Made by a program: the position numbers and the translations under genes
Part shown: positions 46,397-54,599 of the stretch, piece by piece
Layout of the letters: each line of letters starts with the position of its first letter
Position numbering within the stretch: position 1 is the first letter of the stretch
Assembly: GCA_031459915.1 (NCBI GenBank)
Contig: JAVKHO010000009.1
Coordinates: 49,733-113,732 of the forward strand
Length of the DNA: 64,000 bases
Source of the DNA: Candidatus Tepidifontimicrobium thermophilum
GTDB lineage: Bacteria > Sysuimicrobiota > Sysuimicrobiia > Sysuimicrobiales > Sysuimicrobiaceae
Direction: 5' to 3'
Notes under the pieces: generated by a model
Databases searched by the model: none
What the model saw: the letters and a program-made list of their open reading frames with translations, nothing else
Told to the model about the DNA's origin: nothing

Positions 46397-47191
46397 CTGG
46401 ACGGGGAACGTGAGCCCTCGCCGCAGCCCCGGCTAGACTGGTCGAGCCCCCGAAACCCGCACGTCCGCGCCCTCCGCACGCTGCTGGACCGCCGGGAGCG
46501 GGCCAGGACGGGCCGCGCGGTGGTCACCGGCCTGCGGCTGGTGGAGACCTCGCTGCGCCTGGGGCGGGTGGAGGAGCTGCTGGTGGTCCCCGAGGCCGGT
46601 CCGGAGGTGGAGCGGCTGGTGCAGCAGGCGGAGGAGCTGCGCGTTCCCGTGCGGTGGGTGTCCCGGAGGGTGGTGGAGGCGGTCTCCGACGTGAAGACCC
46701 CGCAGCCGGCGGCCGCGGTGGTGCGGCTTCCGGGGGTGGTACCCCTGTCGCGGTTGCGCTGGCGGTGGCTCGTGGTGGCGGACGGCCTTCAGGACCCAGG
46801 CAACCTGGGTGCGCTGGTCCGCACCGCCCACGCCGCCGGGTTCGACGCGGTGGTGGTCCTGCCCAACACCACCGACCCCTTTCACCCGCGCGCTTTGCGG
46901 GGCAGCGCAGGCTCCTGTCTGGCCCTGCCTTTGGCGTCCGCCACACCGGAGGAGATCCTGCAGGTGGGGCGGGTGTGGGTGGCGGACCCGCGGGGCGAGG
47001 TGGACTACCGGCGCGCGGACTACGCCCCACCGGTGGCGCTGGTGTTCGGCAGCGAGGCCTCGGGCGCGCGGCACAAGTGGCCGGGGGCCCGCACCGTCCG
47101 CGTGCCCCTCGCGGCCGGGGTGGAGTCCCTGAACGTCACCGCGGCAGCCGCTGTGCTGCTCTACGAGGCCCGGCGCGCGTGGACGGGCTAG
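46397..47191 (+). CDS. TrmH/SpoU-family RNA 2'-O-methyltransferase (probable CTG start)
   Basis: QDPGNLG.L.RTA, FGSE.SG, ESLNV..AAAVLLYE; conserved SPRNPHVR..R N-terminus lies upstream of the first GTG (46520). Confidence 0.88.
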   Translation: MDGEREPSPQPRLDWSSPRNPHVRALRTLLDRRERARTGRAVVTGLRLVETSLRLGRVEELLVVPEAGPEVERLVQQAEELRVPVRWVSRRVVEAVSDVKTPQPAAAVVRLPGVVPLSRLRWRWLVVADGLQDPGNLGALVRTAHAAGFDAVVVLPNTTDPFHPRALRGSAGSCLALPLASATPEEILQVGRVWVADPRGEVDYRRADYAPPVALVFGSEASGARHKWPGARTVRVPLAAGVESLNVTAAAAVLLYEARRAWTG

Positions 47192-47200
47192 CGGGCCGGT

Positions 47201-47209
47201 TGGTATACT
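47201..47209 (+). promoter_or_regulatory. Extended -10 promoter for the small ORF / T-box / pheST unit
   Basis: TGGTATACT; TGGACG 18 nt upstream of the hexamer. Confidence 0.7.
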
Positions 47210-47241
47210 GCGGCCAAAGCGCCGCCTTCGGCGGGGACGCG

Positions 47242-47361
47242 ATGTTCTGGACGTCGGAGTTCTTCTGGAACGTGTTCCAGAGGACCGGCGCCACGTGGGC
47301 GTACGTGGTGTACCGCAGGCTGCGCCGGGCCCACGCGTACGCCCGGTTCATCTGGAACTGA
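47242..47361 (+). CDS. 39-aa aromatic-rich small protein, YqzL-like
   Basis: MFWTSEFFWNVFQRTGATWAYVVYRR...; FW..F..TG...AY..Y pattern resembles YqzL; SD GGGGA. Confidence 0.7.
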   Translation: MFWTSEFFWNVFQRTGATWAYVVYRRLRRAHAYARFIWN

Positions 47362-47606
47362 GGCGAGGACGGAGAGCGCGGCGGCTCCGGGGCCCGCAGC
47401 GAGGGGAGCCGGTGGGAGTCCCCGGCTGCCGGGAGTCGCAGGCGTTCGCTCCGGAGCCGCGGGAGGAGCGCGGCCGGGGGTGCGGCCGCGGGTAATGCCC
47501 GCCGGGTCCGCCCGGGACAGCGGTTGGAGGGCCGGGAGCCGTGGGTTCCCGGAAGCAAGGTGGTACCGCGGAGGCGCGCCTCCGCCCCTTGTGGCGGAGG
47601 CGCGCC
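47362..47606 (+). ncRNA. T-box riboswitch, Phe specifier
   Basis: Stem I with AGCGAG box and GGTGGGAG loop; TTC at 47445-47; T-box AAGGTGGTACCGCG 47557-70; antiterminator closes with CCTT 47587-90. Confidence 0.88.
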
Positions 47607-47625
47607 CGCGTGTGGAGGGGCAGTC

Positions 47626-48609
47626 ATGCAGGAAAGGGTGAACGCCCTGCGCCAGCGCGCAGCGCAGGAGCTGGAGTCGGCGTCCACTACCGAGGAAGTG
47701 GAGGCCCTCCGGCGGAGGTACCTGGGCCGGAAGGGGGAGCTGACCCAGCTCCTCCGCTCCCTGCCGCAGCTGCCGCAACAGGAACGGGTGGCCGCCGGCG
47801 CCGCCCTCAACGAGCTGAAGGAGTGGCTCGAGCAGCGCCTGCAGGAGCGCGCGGAGCAGCTGCGGGCCCGCGAGCAGGACAGCCGGCTTCGGGCGGAGGC
47901 GGTGGACGTGACCCTGCCGGGCCGACGGCCCCTGGTGGGGCGGGAGCACGTCCTGGGCCGGATGATGGAGGAGATTCGGGACATCTTCCGGTCCATGGGC
48001 TTCGAGGTGGTGGAGGGTCCGGAGCTGGAGACCGAGGAGTTCAACTTCCGGCGCCTGAACATCCCCGACGACCACCCCGCCCGGGACGCTCAGGACTCCT
48101 TCTACCTGGACGACGAGCACCTGCTGCGGACCCAGTGCACCGCGGTGGACGTGAGGGTGATGCCCCGCCGGACTCCACCCATCCGGGTGGTGACCGTGGG
48201 CCGCTGCTACCGGCGCGATGTAGTGGACAGCACCCACATGCCCGTGTTCCACCAGGTGGACGGCTTCATGGTAGGGGAGGGGATCCGGTTCTCGGACCTG
48301 AAGGGGGTGCTGGCGGAGTTCGCCCGGCAGCTGTGGGGGCCTGAGACCCGCGTGCGCTTCCAGCCCTCCTACTTCCCCTTCACGGAACCCAGCGCGGAGA
48401 TCGCCGTGTCCTTCCGGGGACGGTGGCTGGAGATCGGAGGCTGCGGGATGTTCCATCCCCGGGTGCTGGAGATGGCGGGGATCGACCCCGAGCGGTACAC
48501 CGCCTTCGCCTTCGGGTGCGGGGTGGACCGGCCCGCCATGGTCCGGTACGGCATCGACGACATCCGGCTGTTCTGGGAGAACGACGTGCGCTTCTTGGGG
48601 CAGTTCTGA
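47626..48609 (+). CDS. pheS: Phenylalanine-tRNA ligase alpha subunit
   Basis: YLGRKG, DVTLPG, NF..LN.P.DHPARD, YFPFTEPS, EIGGCGM.HP, DDIRLF. Confidence 0.96.
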   Translation: MQERVNALRQRAAQELESASTTEEVEALRRRYLGRKGELTQLLRSLPQLPQQERVAAGAALNELKEWLEQRLQERAEQLRAREQDSRLRAEAVDVTLPGRRPLVGREHVLGRMMEEIRDIFRSMGFEVVEGPELETEEFNFRRLNIPDDHPARDAQDSFYLDDEHLLRTQCTAVDVRVMPRRTPPIRVVTVGRCYRRDVVDSTHMPVFHQVDGFMVGEGIRFSDLKGVLAEFARQLWGPETRVRFQPSYFPFTEPSAEIAVSFRGRWLEIGGCGMFHPRVLEMAGIDPERYTAFAFGCGVDRPAMVRYGIDDIRLFWENDVRFLGQF

Positions 48610-48616
48610 GGCTGCC

Positions 48617-50683
48617 ATGCGCGTTTCGTGGAGCTGGCTGATGGAACTGGTGGACCTGCCCACGCCGCAGGATCCGGCAGAGTGGGAGGAGCGGTTCCCC
48701 ATGTTGGGCCTGGGCGTGGAGGCGGTGGAGCGGGTCGGCGACGACTGGGTCTTCGATCTGGAGACCACCACGAACCGGCCGGACTGGCTGGGCCTGCTGG
48801 GAGTGGCCCGGGAGGTGGCTGCCGCCTGCCGGGGGCGGCTCAGGCCCCCTCAAGTGCACCTGGAGGAATCGGACCCGCCGGCCGCGGAGGTGGCGTGGGT
48901 GGAAGTGGCGGACCCCGGCCTGTGCCACCGCTACGTGGGGCGGGTGGTGGTGGACGTGCGGGTGGGTCCGTCTCCCGCGTGGATGGCCGAGCGGCTGGAG
49001 CGGTCCGGGATCCGCAGCATCAACAACGTGGTGGACGTCACCAACTACGTGATGTTGGAAACCGGACAACCCCTGCACGCGTTCGACCTCGACCGGCTGG
49101 TGGGCGGTGGGGTGGTGGTGCGGGCCGCGCGGCCGGGCGAGGTGCTGGTGACCCTGGACGGGCAGGAGCGCCGGCTCCACCCGGGGGCTCTGGTGATCGC
49201 GGACCGCGAGCGGGTGGTGGCCGTCGGCGGCATCATGGGAGGGCTCGACACCGAGATCCGCCCCGACACGCGCCGGGTGCTGCTGGAGTCCGCGTGGTTT
49301 CACCCCGTGGCGGTACGGCGGACCGCGAGGGCCTTGGGCATGCGCACGGAGGGGAGCACCCGCCACGAGCGGGGTGGGGACCCGGAGCGGGCGCGTTTTG
49401 CCGCAGCCCGGGCGGCCCAGCTGATCCAGCAGCTGGCAGGGGGCCGCGTGTTGCGGGGCGAGCTGGACGTCTACCCCGAACCCCAGCCTCCTCGCCGGGT
49501 GTCCCTGCGGCCGGCACGCCTGCGCCGGGTGCTGGGGGTAGAGGTGCCGGACGAGGAGGCCGCGGACATCCTGCAGCGGCTGGAGTTCCAGGTGGAGCGG
49601 GGGCCCGACCGGTGGGTGGTCACTGTCCCCAGCCACCGCCGCGACGTGGAGCGGGAAGAGGACCTCATCGAGGAGGTGGCCCGCATCTACGGCTACGACC
49701 GGATTCCCGAGACCCTGCCGGTGGAGGTCATGGGCGTGGGCGTTGTAGCACCCGAGGTGGACGCCGAGCGACGCATCCGGGAACTGCTGCTGCGCGCGGG
49801 CCTCACAGAGGTCCTCACCCTGAGCCTGGTACGCGCGGACGACCTGGAGCGCGTGGGCATCCCGCCGGACCACCCCCTGCGCCGGGCCATTCCCCTGCGC
49901 AACCCCCTGACCCAGGAGCACACCCACCTGAGGACCACGCTGCTGCCGTCCCTGGTAGAGGTGCTGCGGACCAACCGCGCCCGGGGCAACGGCGACGTGC
50001 ACGTCTTCGAGGTAGGCCGGGTGTTCCAGGCCTCCGAGGCGGGGTGGGAGGAACGGAAGGCGGTGGGGATCGCGCAGATGGGCCGGAGCCTACGGGGTAC
50101 GTGGAACCTCCCGCAGGAGGCGGTGCAGGCCAGCTTCCACAGCCTGAAGGGGGTGGTGGAGGGGCTGCTGGAGGCCCTGCACCTGCAGGGGTGGGAGATC
50201 CAGGCGGAGCCGTTGCCGTGGCTGCACCCGTACCGGGCCGCGGGCCTGTGGGTGGACGGGCGGCGGGCGGGCTGGCTGGGGGAACTGCACCCCGAGGTGT
50301 GCGAACGGTACGACCTGAGGGGCCGCGCGTACGTGGCGGAGCTGGAGCTGGCGCCTCTTGTTGAGGCTGCCCGGACGATCCCTCAGTACCGCCCGCTGGC
50401 GTACACGCCGGCGGTGGAGCGCGACCTGGCGGTGGTGGTGGACAGCTCCGTCCCAGCGGGCGAGGTGGTGCGGGTGGTGCGCGAGGTGGCGGGCGGTCTG
50501 CTGGAGGCGTGTGAGCCCTTCGACGTTTACGCAGGGCCGCCCGTCCCACCCGGCCGGAAGAGCGTGGCGGTGCGGATGCGGTTCCGGGACCCCGCTCGGA
50601 CGCTGCAGTCTGAGGAGGTGGAGCGTCTAGTGGAGCGGGTGCGGACAGCCCTGCGGGACCGGCTGGCGGCGAGCTTCCGCTGA
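48617..50683 (+). CDS. pheT: Phenylalanine-tRNA ligase beta subunit (no B2 OB domain)
   Basis: MRVS.SWL.ELV, NRPD, INNVVDVTNYV..E.GQPLHAFD, DLIEEVARIYGY, C-terminal FDX-ACB (ERDLA). Confidence 0.95.
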   Translation: MRVSWSWLMELVDLPTPQDPAEWEERFPMLGLGVEAVERVGDDWVFDLETTTNRPDWLGLLGVAREVAAACRGRLRPPQVHLEESDPPAAEVAWVEVADPGLCHRYVGRVVVDVRVGPSPAWMAERLERSGIRSINNVVDVTNYVMLETGQPLHAFDLDRLVGGGVVVRAARPGEVLVTLDGQERRLHPGALVIADRERVVAVGGIMGGLDTEIRPDTRRVLLESAWFHPVAVRRTARALGMRTEGSTRHERGGDPERARFAAARAAQLIQQLAGGRVLRGELDVYPEPQPPRRVSLRPARLRRVLGVEVPDEEAADILQRLEFQVERGPDRWVVTVPSHRRDVEREEDLIEEVARIYGYDRIPETLPVEVMGVGVVAPEVDAERRIRELLLRAGLTEVLTLSLVRADDLERVGIPPDHPLRRAIPLRNPLTQEHTHLRTTLLPSLVEVLRTNRARGNGDVHVFEVGRVFQASEAGWEERKAVGIAQMGRSLRGTWNLPQEAVQASFHSLKGVVEGLLEALHLQGWEIQAEPLPWLHPYRAAGLWVDGRRAGWLGELHPEVCERYDLRGRAYVAELELAPLVEAARTIPQYRPLAYTPAVERDLAVVVDSSVPAGEVVRVVREVAGGLLEACEPFDVYAGPPVPPGRKSVAVRMRFRDPARTLQSEEVERLVERVRTALRDRLAASFR

Positions 50684-50737
50684 CGCGGGAGGAACCGGGC
50701 CGGCCGCCGCGAAGCAGTCCGCGGACGGGAGGTGGTC

Positions 50738-51256
50738 ATGACCCCCACGTGGCTGGACTGGGTCGTCCTCGCAGTGCTGCTGCTGACGGTCCTGCTGGGC
50801 CTGCAGCGGGGTCCGGTCCGGACGCTTCTGGAATCGCTGTTCGTGCTGCTCAGCTACCTGGCCGCGGCACTGCTGTTCCGTCCCGCGGCGGAGACCTTCT
50901 TCGGCACCGGCTTCCCCTGGCCCGACTGGGCCGCCACCGTGTCCTTTGCGGTGCTGTTTCTGCTGTTCGTGGTGGTGGGGAACTACCTGACTGCGTGGAT
51001 CGCGGGCCGCAGGGCGGCCACGGGCGGTGCCATCGTGCTGGGCGGGCTGAGCGGGGTGGTCAAGGGGGTGCTGCTGGGGATCGTCCTGGTGACGTTCCTG
51101 CTGGCCGCCCCGTTCGCGCCCGCCGTCCAGCGGGACGTGGAGCGCTCGGTAGCGGGGCCGTACCTCGCCGGGTGGCAGGTGGGGCTGCACCGCGCCCTGA
51201 CTCCCCTTCTCCCGGTGCGCCTGCCGGCCCTGGGCCCCGGGGGCGAGAAGTTCTAG
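50738..51256 (+). CDS. CvpA (colicin V production) family membrane protein
   Basis: LDW......GL.RG; LGGL.G..KG; location before polX. Confidence 0.82.
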   Translation: MTPTWLDWVVLAVLLLTVLLGLQRGPVRTLLESLFVLLSYLAAALLFRPAAETFFGTGFPWPDWAATVSFAVLFLLFVVVGNYLTAWIAGRRAATGGAIVLGGLSGVVKGVLLGIVLVTFLLAAPFAPAVQRDVERSVAGPYLAGWQVGLHRALTPLLPVRLPALGPGGEKF

Positions 51257-51299
51257 CATTTCCTTGCGATCTGGGGGATGAGGTGGCCGCGCGCCTGCG

Positions 51300-53027
51300 A
51301 TGAAGAACCTGGAGATCGCCGCCCTCTTCAACGAGATCGCGGACCTCCTGGAGATCAAGGGGGAGTCCACCTTCCGGGTCAACGCCTACCGTCGGGCCGC
51401 GCGGTCTTTGGAGAACCTGGCGGAGGACGTGGAGGCGGTGGCGGATCGCGGGGAGCTGGACCAGATCCCGGGGGTCGGCAAGAGCCTGGCGGAGAAGATC
51501 TCCGAGTACCTGCGCACGGGCAAGATCGGTTACCACCAGGAGCTGCTGCGGGAGCTGCCTCACGGGATCACCACCCTGATGCGGGTCCCCGGGTTGGGGC
51601 CGAAGACGGCGCTTCTGCTGTACGAACACCTGGGGATCACCACCCTGGACCAGCTGGAGCAGGCGGCGCGGGAGGGTCGACTCCGGGGCCTGCCCCGTAT
51701 GGGGAAGAAGACCGAGGAGAACATCCTCCGCGGGATCGAGCAGGTGCGGCGCCAGTCCACCCGGCTGCCCCTGGGCGCAGTCCTGCCCGTGGCAGAGGAA
51801 CTGGTGGCAGCCCTGCGGGAGGCCCGCGGGGTGGGTGAGGTGAGCGTGGCGGGCAGCTTGCGCCGCATGCGGGACACCATCGGCGACATCGACGTGCTGG
51901 TCACCGCCAGCCGCCCGGAGCACGCCATGGAGGTGTTCACCACACACCCCCTGGTGGCTCAGGTGCTGTCCCGCGGCACCACCCGCAGCAGCGTGGTCCT
52001 GCGCAACGGCATGCAGGCAGACCTGCGGGTGGTGGAGCGGAGCAGCTTCGGGGCCGCGCTGCAGTACTTCACGGGCTCCAAGGATCACAACGTGAAGCTC
52101 CGGGAGCGGGCGGTCCGTATGGGGCTCAAGGTGAACGAGTACGGGGTCTTCCGCGCCGAGGACGACCGCCGGGTCGCGGGCCGCACGGAGGAGGAGGTCT
52201 ACGCCGCGGTGAAGCTGCCGTGGATCCCGCCGGAGCTGCGGGAGGACCAAGGCGAGATCGAGGCCGCGGAGCGGGGCAAGTTGCCCCGCCTGGTCACCCG
52301 GGAGGACATCCGCGGGGACCTGCACATGCACACGAAGTGGAGCGACGGTCAGGCCACCGCGGAGGAAATGGCGCACGCGGCCCGGCAGCTGGGCTACGAG
52401 TATATCTGCATCACGGACCACTCGCAATCCCTCAAGTTCGCGGGCGGGGTCAGCATCGACGACCTGCGGGACCACATCCGGCAGGTCCGCCGGCTCTCCG
52501 AGCGTCTGGACGGGATCACGGTCCTCATCGGGTCGGAGGTGGACATCCTCGCGGACGGGACCCTGGACTACCCCGACGAGGTCCTGCGGGAACTGGACGT
52601 GGTCATCGCCTCGGTGCACAGCCGGTTCCGCATGGACACCCAGGCGATGACGGACCGGATCCTGCGGGCCATGCGCAACCGCTACGTGACCATGATCGGC
52701 CACCCCACGGGCCGACTGCTGGGCCAACGGGATCCCTACTCGGTGGACGTGGAGCGGCTGGTGGCAGGTGCGCGGGAGACGGGCACCATCCTGGAGCTCA
52801 ACGCGCAGCCCGACCGGCTGGATCTCAAGGACGCGCACGTGCGGCTGGCCAAAGAGCACGGGGTGCAGGTGGCCATCGGGACCGACGCCCACAGCCCGGC
52901 GGAACTGCGGTTCATGGAGTTCGGGGTCGGTACTGCCCGCCGGGGCTGGCTGGAGCCCCAGGACGTGGTGAACACCCTGCCTCTGAAGAAGCTGCTCGCC
53001 CGTCTCCGGCAGAAGCGCGGGGGATGA
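51300..53027 (+). CDS. polX: DNA polymerase X with PHP domain
   Basis: [48 protein letters not shown]. Confidence 0.96.
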   Translation: MKNLEIAALFNEIADLLEIKGESTFRVNAYRRAARSLENLAEDVEAVADRGELDQIPGVGKSLAEKISEYLRTGKIGYHQELLRELPHGITTLMRVPGLGPKTALLLYEHLGITTLDQLEQAAREGRLRGLPRMGKKTEENILRGIEQVRRQSTRLPLGAVLPVAEELVAALREARGVGEVSVAGSLRRMRDTIGDIDVLVTASRPEHAMEVFTTHPLVAQVLSRGTTRSSVVLRNGMQADLRVVERSSFGAALQYFTGSKDHNVKLRERAVRMGLKVNEYGVFRAEDDRRVAGRTEEEVYAAVKLPWIPPELREDQGEIEAAERGKLPRLVTREDIRGDLHMHTKWSDGQATAEEMAHAARQLGYEYICITDHSQSLKFAGGVSIDDLRDHIRQVRRLSERLDGITVLIGSEVDILADGTLDYPDEVLRELDVVIASVHSRFRMDTQAMTDRILRAMRNRYVTMIGHPTGRLLGQRDPYSVDVERLVAGARETGTILELNAQPDRLDLKDAHVRLAKEHGVQVAIGTDAHSPAELRFMEFGVGTARRGWLEPQDVVNTLPLKKLLARLRQKRGG

Positions 53028-53650
53028 AGCCCGAGGTCCACCCGGCGCTCGCTCCCCCTCTACCGCGCTCGTTTTTCGAGCGGCCCACCCTGCAGGTGGC
53101 GCCCGAACTCCTGGGCTGCCGGCTGGTGAGGGTTTTGGAACCGCAGGAAGTGCCCGGAGGGGCGGACGGTCCTGTGGTGCTGGTGGCGAGGCTCGTGGAG
53201 GTGGAGGCCTACCTGGGCCCTGCGGACCCCGCCAGCCACGCGTACCGGCGCACCCCGCGCAGCGCCATCATGTGGGGCCCGCCCGGCCGGGCTTACGTGT
53301 ACTTCTCCTACGGCAACCACGACTGCATGAACGTGGTGACCGAGCCCGAAGGGGTGGCGGGTGCGGTGCTGCTCCGGGCGGCAGAACCTCTGGAGGGCGT
53401 GGCGGTGATGCGAAAGCTCCGCGGAACCCACGACGTCCGCCAGCTGCTGCGGGGGCCGGGCAGACTCACGAAGGCCCTGGCGGTGGACCGACATTTCAAC
53501 GGGTGGGACCTGACCCAGCCCGGGCCCCTGTACCTGGCGGGCGGGGAACCGCCCGCGCGGGTGGCCACCTCGCCCCGCATCGGCATCCGGCGGGCCGTGG
53601 ACCGGCCCTGGCGGTTCTTCGACCCCGAAAGCCCCTTCGTGTCGCGGTGA
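53024..53650 (+). CDS. DNA-3-methyladenine glycosylase (AAG/MPG type)
   Basis: VEVEAY.G..DPASH, AYVY..YG, GAVLLRA, GPGRL, RIGI. Confidence 0.94.
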   Translation: MKPEVHPALAPPLPRSFFERPTLQVAPELLGCRLVRVLEPQEVPGGADGPVVLVARLVEVEAYLGPADPASHAYRRTPRSAIMWGPPGRAYVYFSYGNHDCMNVVTEPEGVAGAVLLRAAEPLEGVAVMRKLRGTHDVRQLLRGPGRLTKALAVDRHFNGWDLTQPGPLYLAGGEPPARVATSPRIGIRRAVDRPWRFFDPESPFVSR

Positions 53651-54597
53651 TGGGTGCGAAAGGCGTGGTGCCCCGGGTGCTGTTCTGGTTCGTGGACGGC
53701 CTGGGCCTGGGCCCGTGTGAGGACGCCAACCCACTGCTGCGCGCCGCGACCCCTGCCTTGCGGCGGTTGCTGGGTGGCCCGCTGTGTGCGGCCTCCTTCC
53801 CGGTGCAGGACGGGGGGCGCGCGGCGGTGGCCCTGGATGCCACTCTGGGGGTGCCAGGCCGCCCACAGAGCGGCACGGGCCAAGTGGCCCTGCTGGCGGG
53901 CTGTAACGCCGCGGCGCTGGAGGGCCGCCACGTTCCTGCCTTCCCCACCGCGCGGCTGCGGTCGGTCCTGCGAGGCCGCAACCTGTTCCGCCGGCTGCGA
54001 GCCCGTGGCCTCCCCGTGGCACTGGCCAACGCTTACCCTCTCGCTTACCTGCAGGACCGCCGACGGCCCCGCGGTGCCTTCCTGCTGGCCGCCCAGTCCG
54101 CGGGGGTCCTGCTGCGGGACCTGGAGCATCTGCGGGCGGGCCATGCGGTCGCCGCAGACCTCACAGGGCAGGGGCTTGCATCCCGCGGGTATCCCGTGGA
54201 CGTGGTGGCGCCGGAGGTGGCGGGCCGTCGGCTCGCGGCGCTGGCTTCGCGCTACGCGTTTACCGCCTTCGAGTTCTTCGCCCTCGACCTGGCCTCCCAC
54301 GGTCGTTGGCCGGCTCCCGTACCCGCGGTGCTGGAGCAGCTGGACCGGGCCTTGGGGGCGGCCCTGGACCAGCTGGACCCTGAAGATCACCTCCTGGTCC
54401 TGACCAGCGACCACGGCGGCGCAGAGTCCCCGGACGGAACTCACACCACCAACCCCGTCCCCCTGATCGTGGCGGGTTGTGGGGCGCACGCGGTGGCCGC
54501 CCGGTGCCGGACCTTGGCGGACGTGGCGCCCGCGCTGGAGGAAGTGCTCACGGGCCACCCGCTCCCTGGAACTGGGCCGGATTCGGCTATCCTGTAG
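53650..54597 (+). CDS. Alkaline-phosphatase-superfamily metalloenzyme (phosphoglycerate mutase/phosphopentomutase-like)
   Basis: FVDGLGLG, PQSGTGQ, D..SH, TSDHG, HTTNPVP. Confidence 0.82.
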   Translation: MGAKGVVPRVLFWFVDGLGLGPCEDANPLLRAATPALRRLLGGPLCAASFPVQDGGRAAVALDATLGVPGRPQSGTGQVALLAGCNAAALEGRHVPAFPTARLRSVLRGRNLFRRLRARGLPVALANAYPLAYLQDRRRPRGAFLLAAQSAGVLLRDLEHLRAGHAVAADLTGQGLASRGYPVDVVAPEVAGRRLAALASRYAFTAFEFFALDLASHGRWPAPVPAVLEQLDRALGAALDQLDPEDHLLVLTSDHGGAESPDGTHTTNPVPLIVAGCGAHAVAARCRTLADVAPALEEVLTGHPLPGTGPDSAIL

Positions 54598-54599
54598 GC

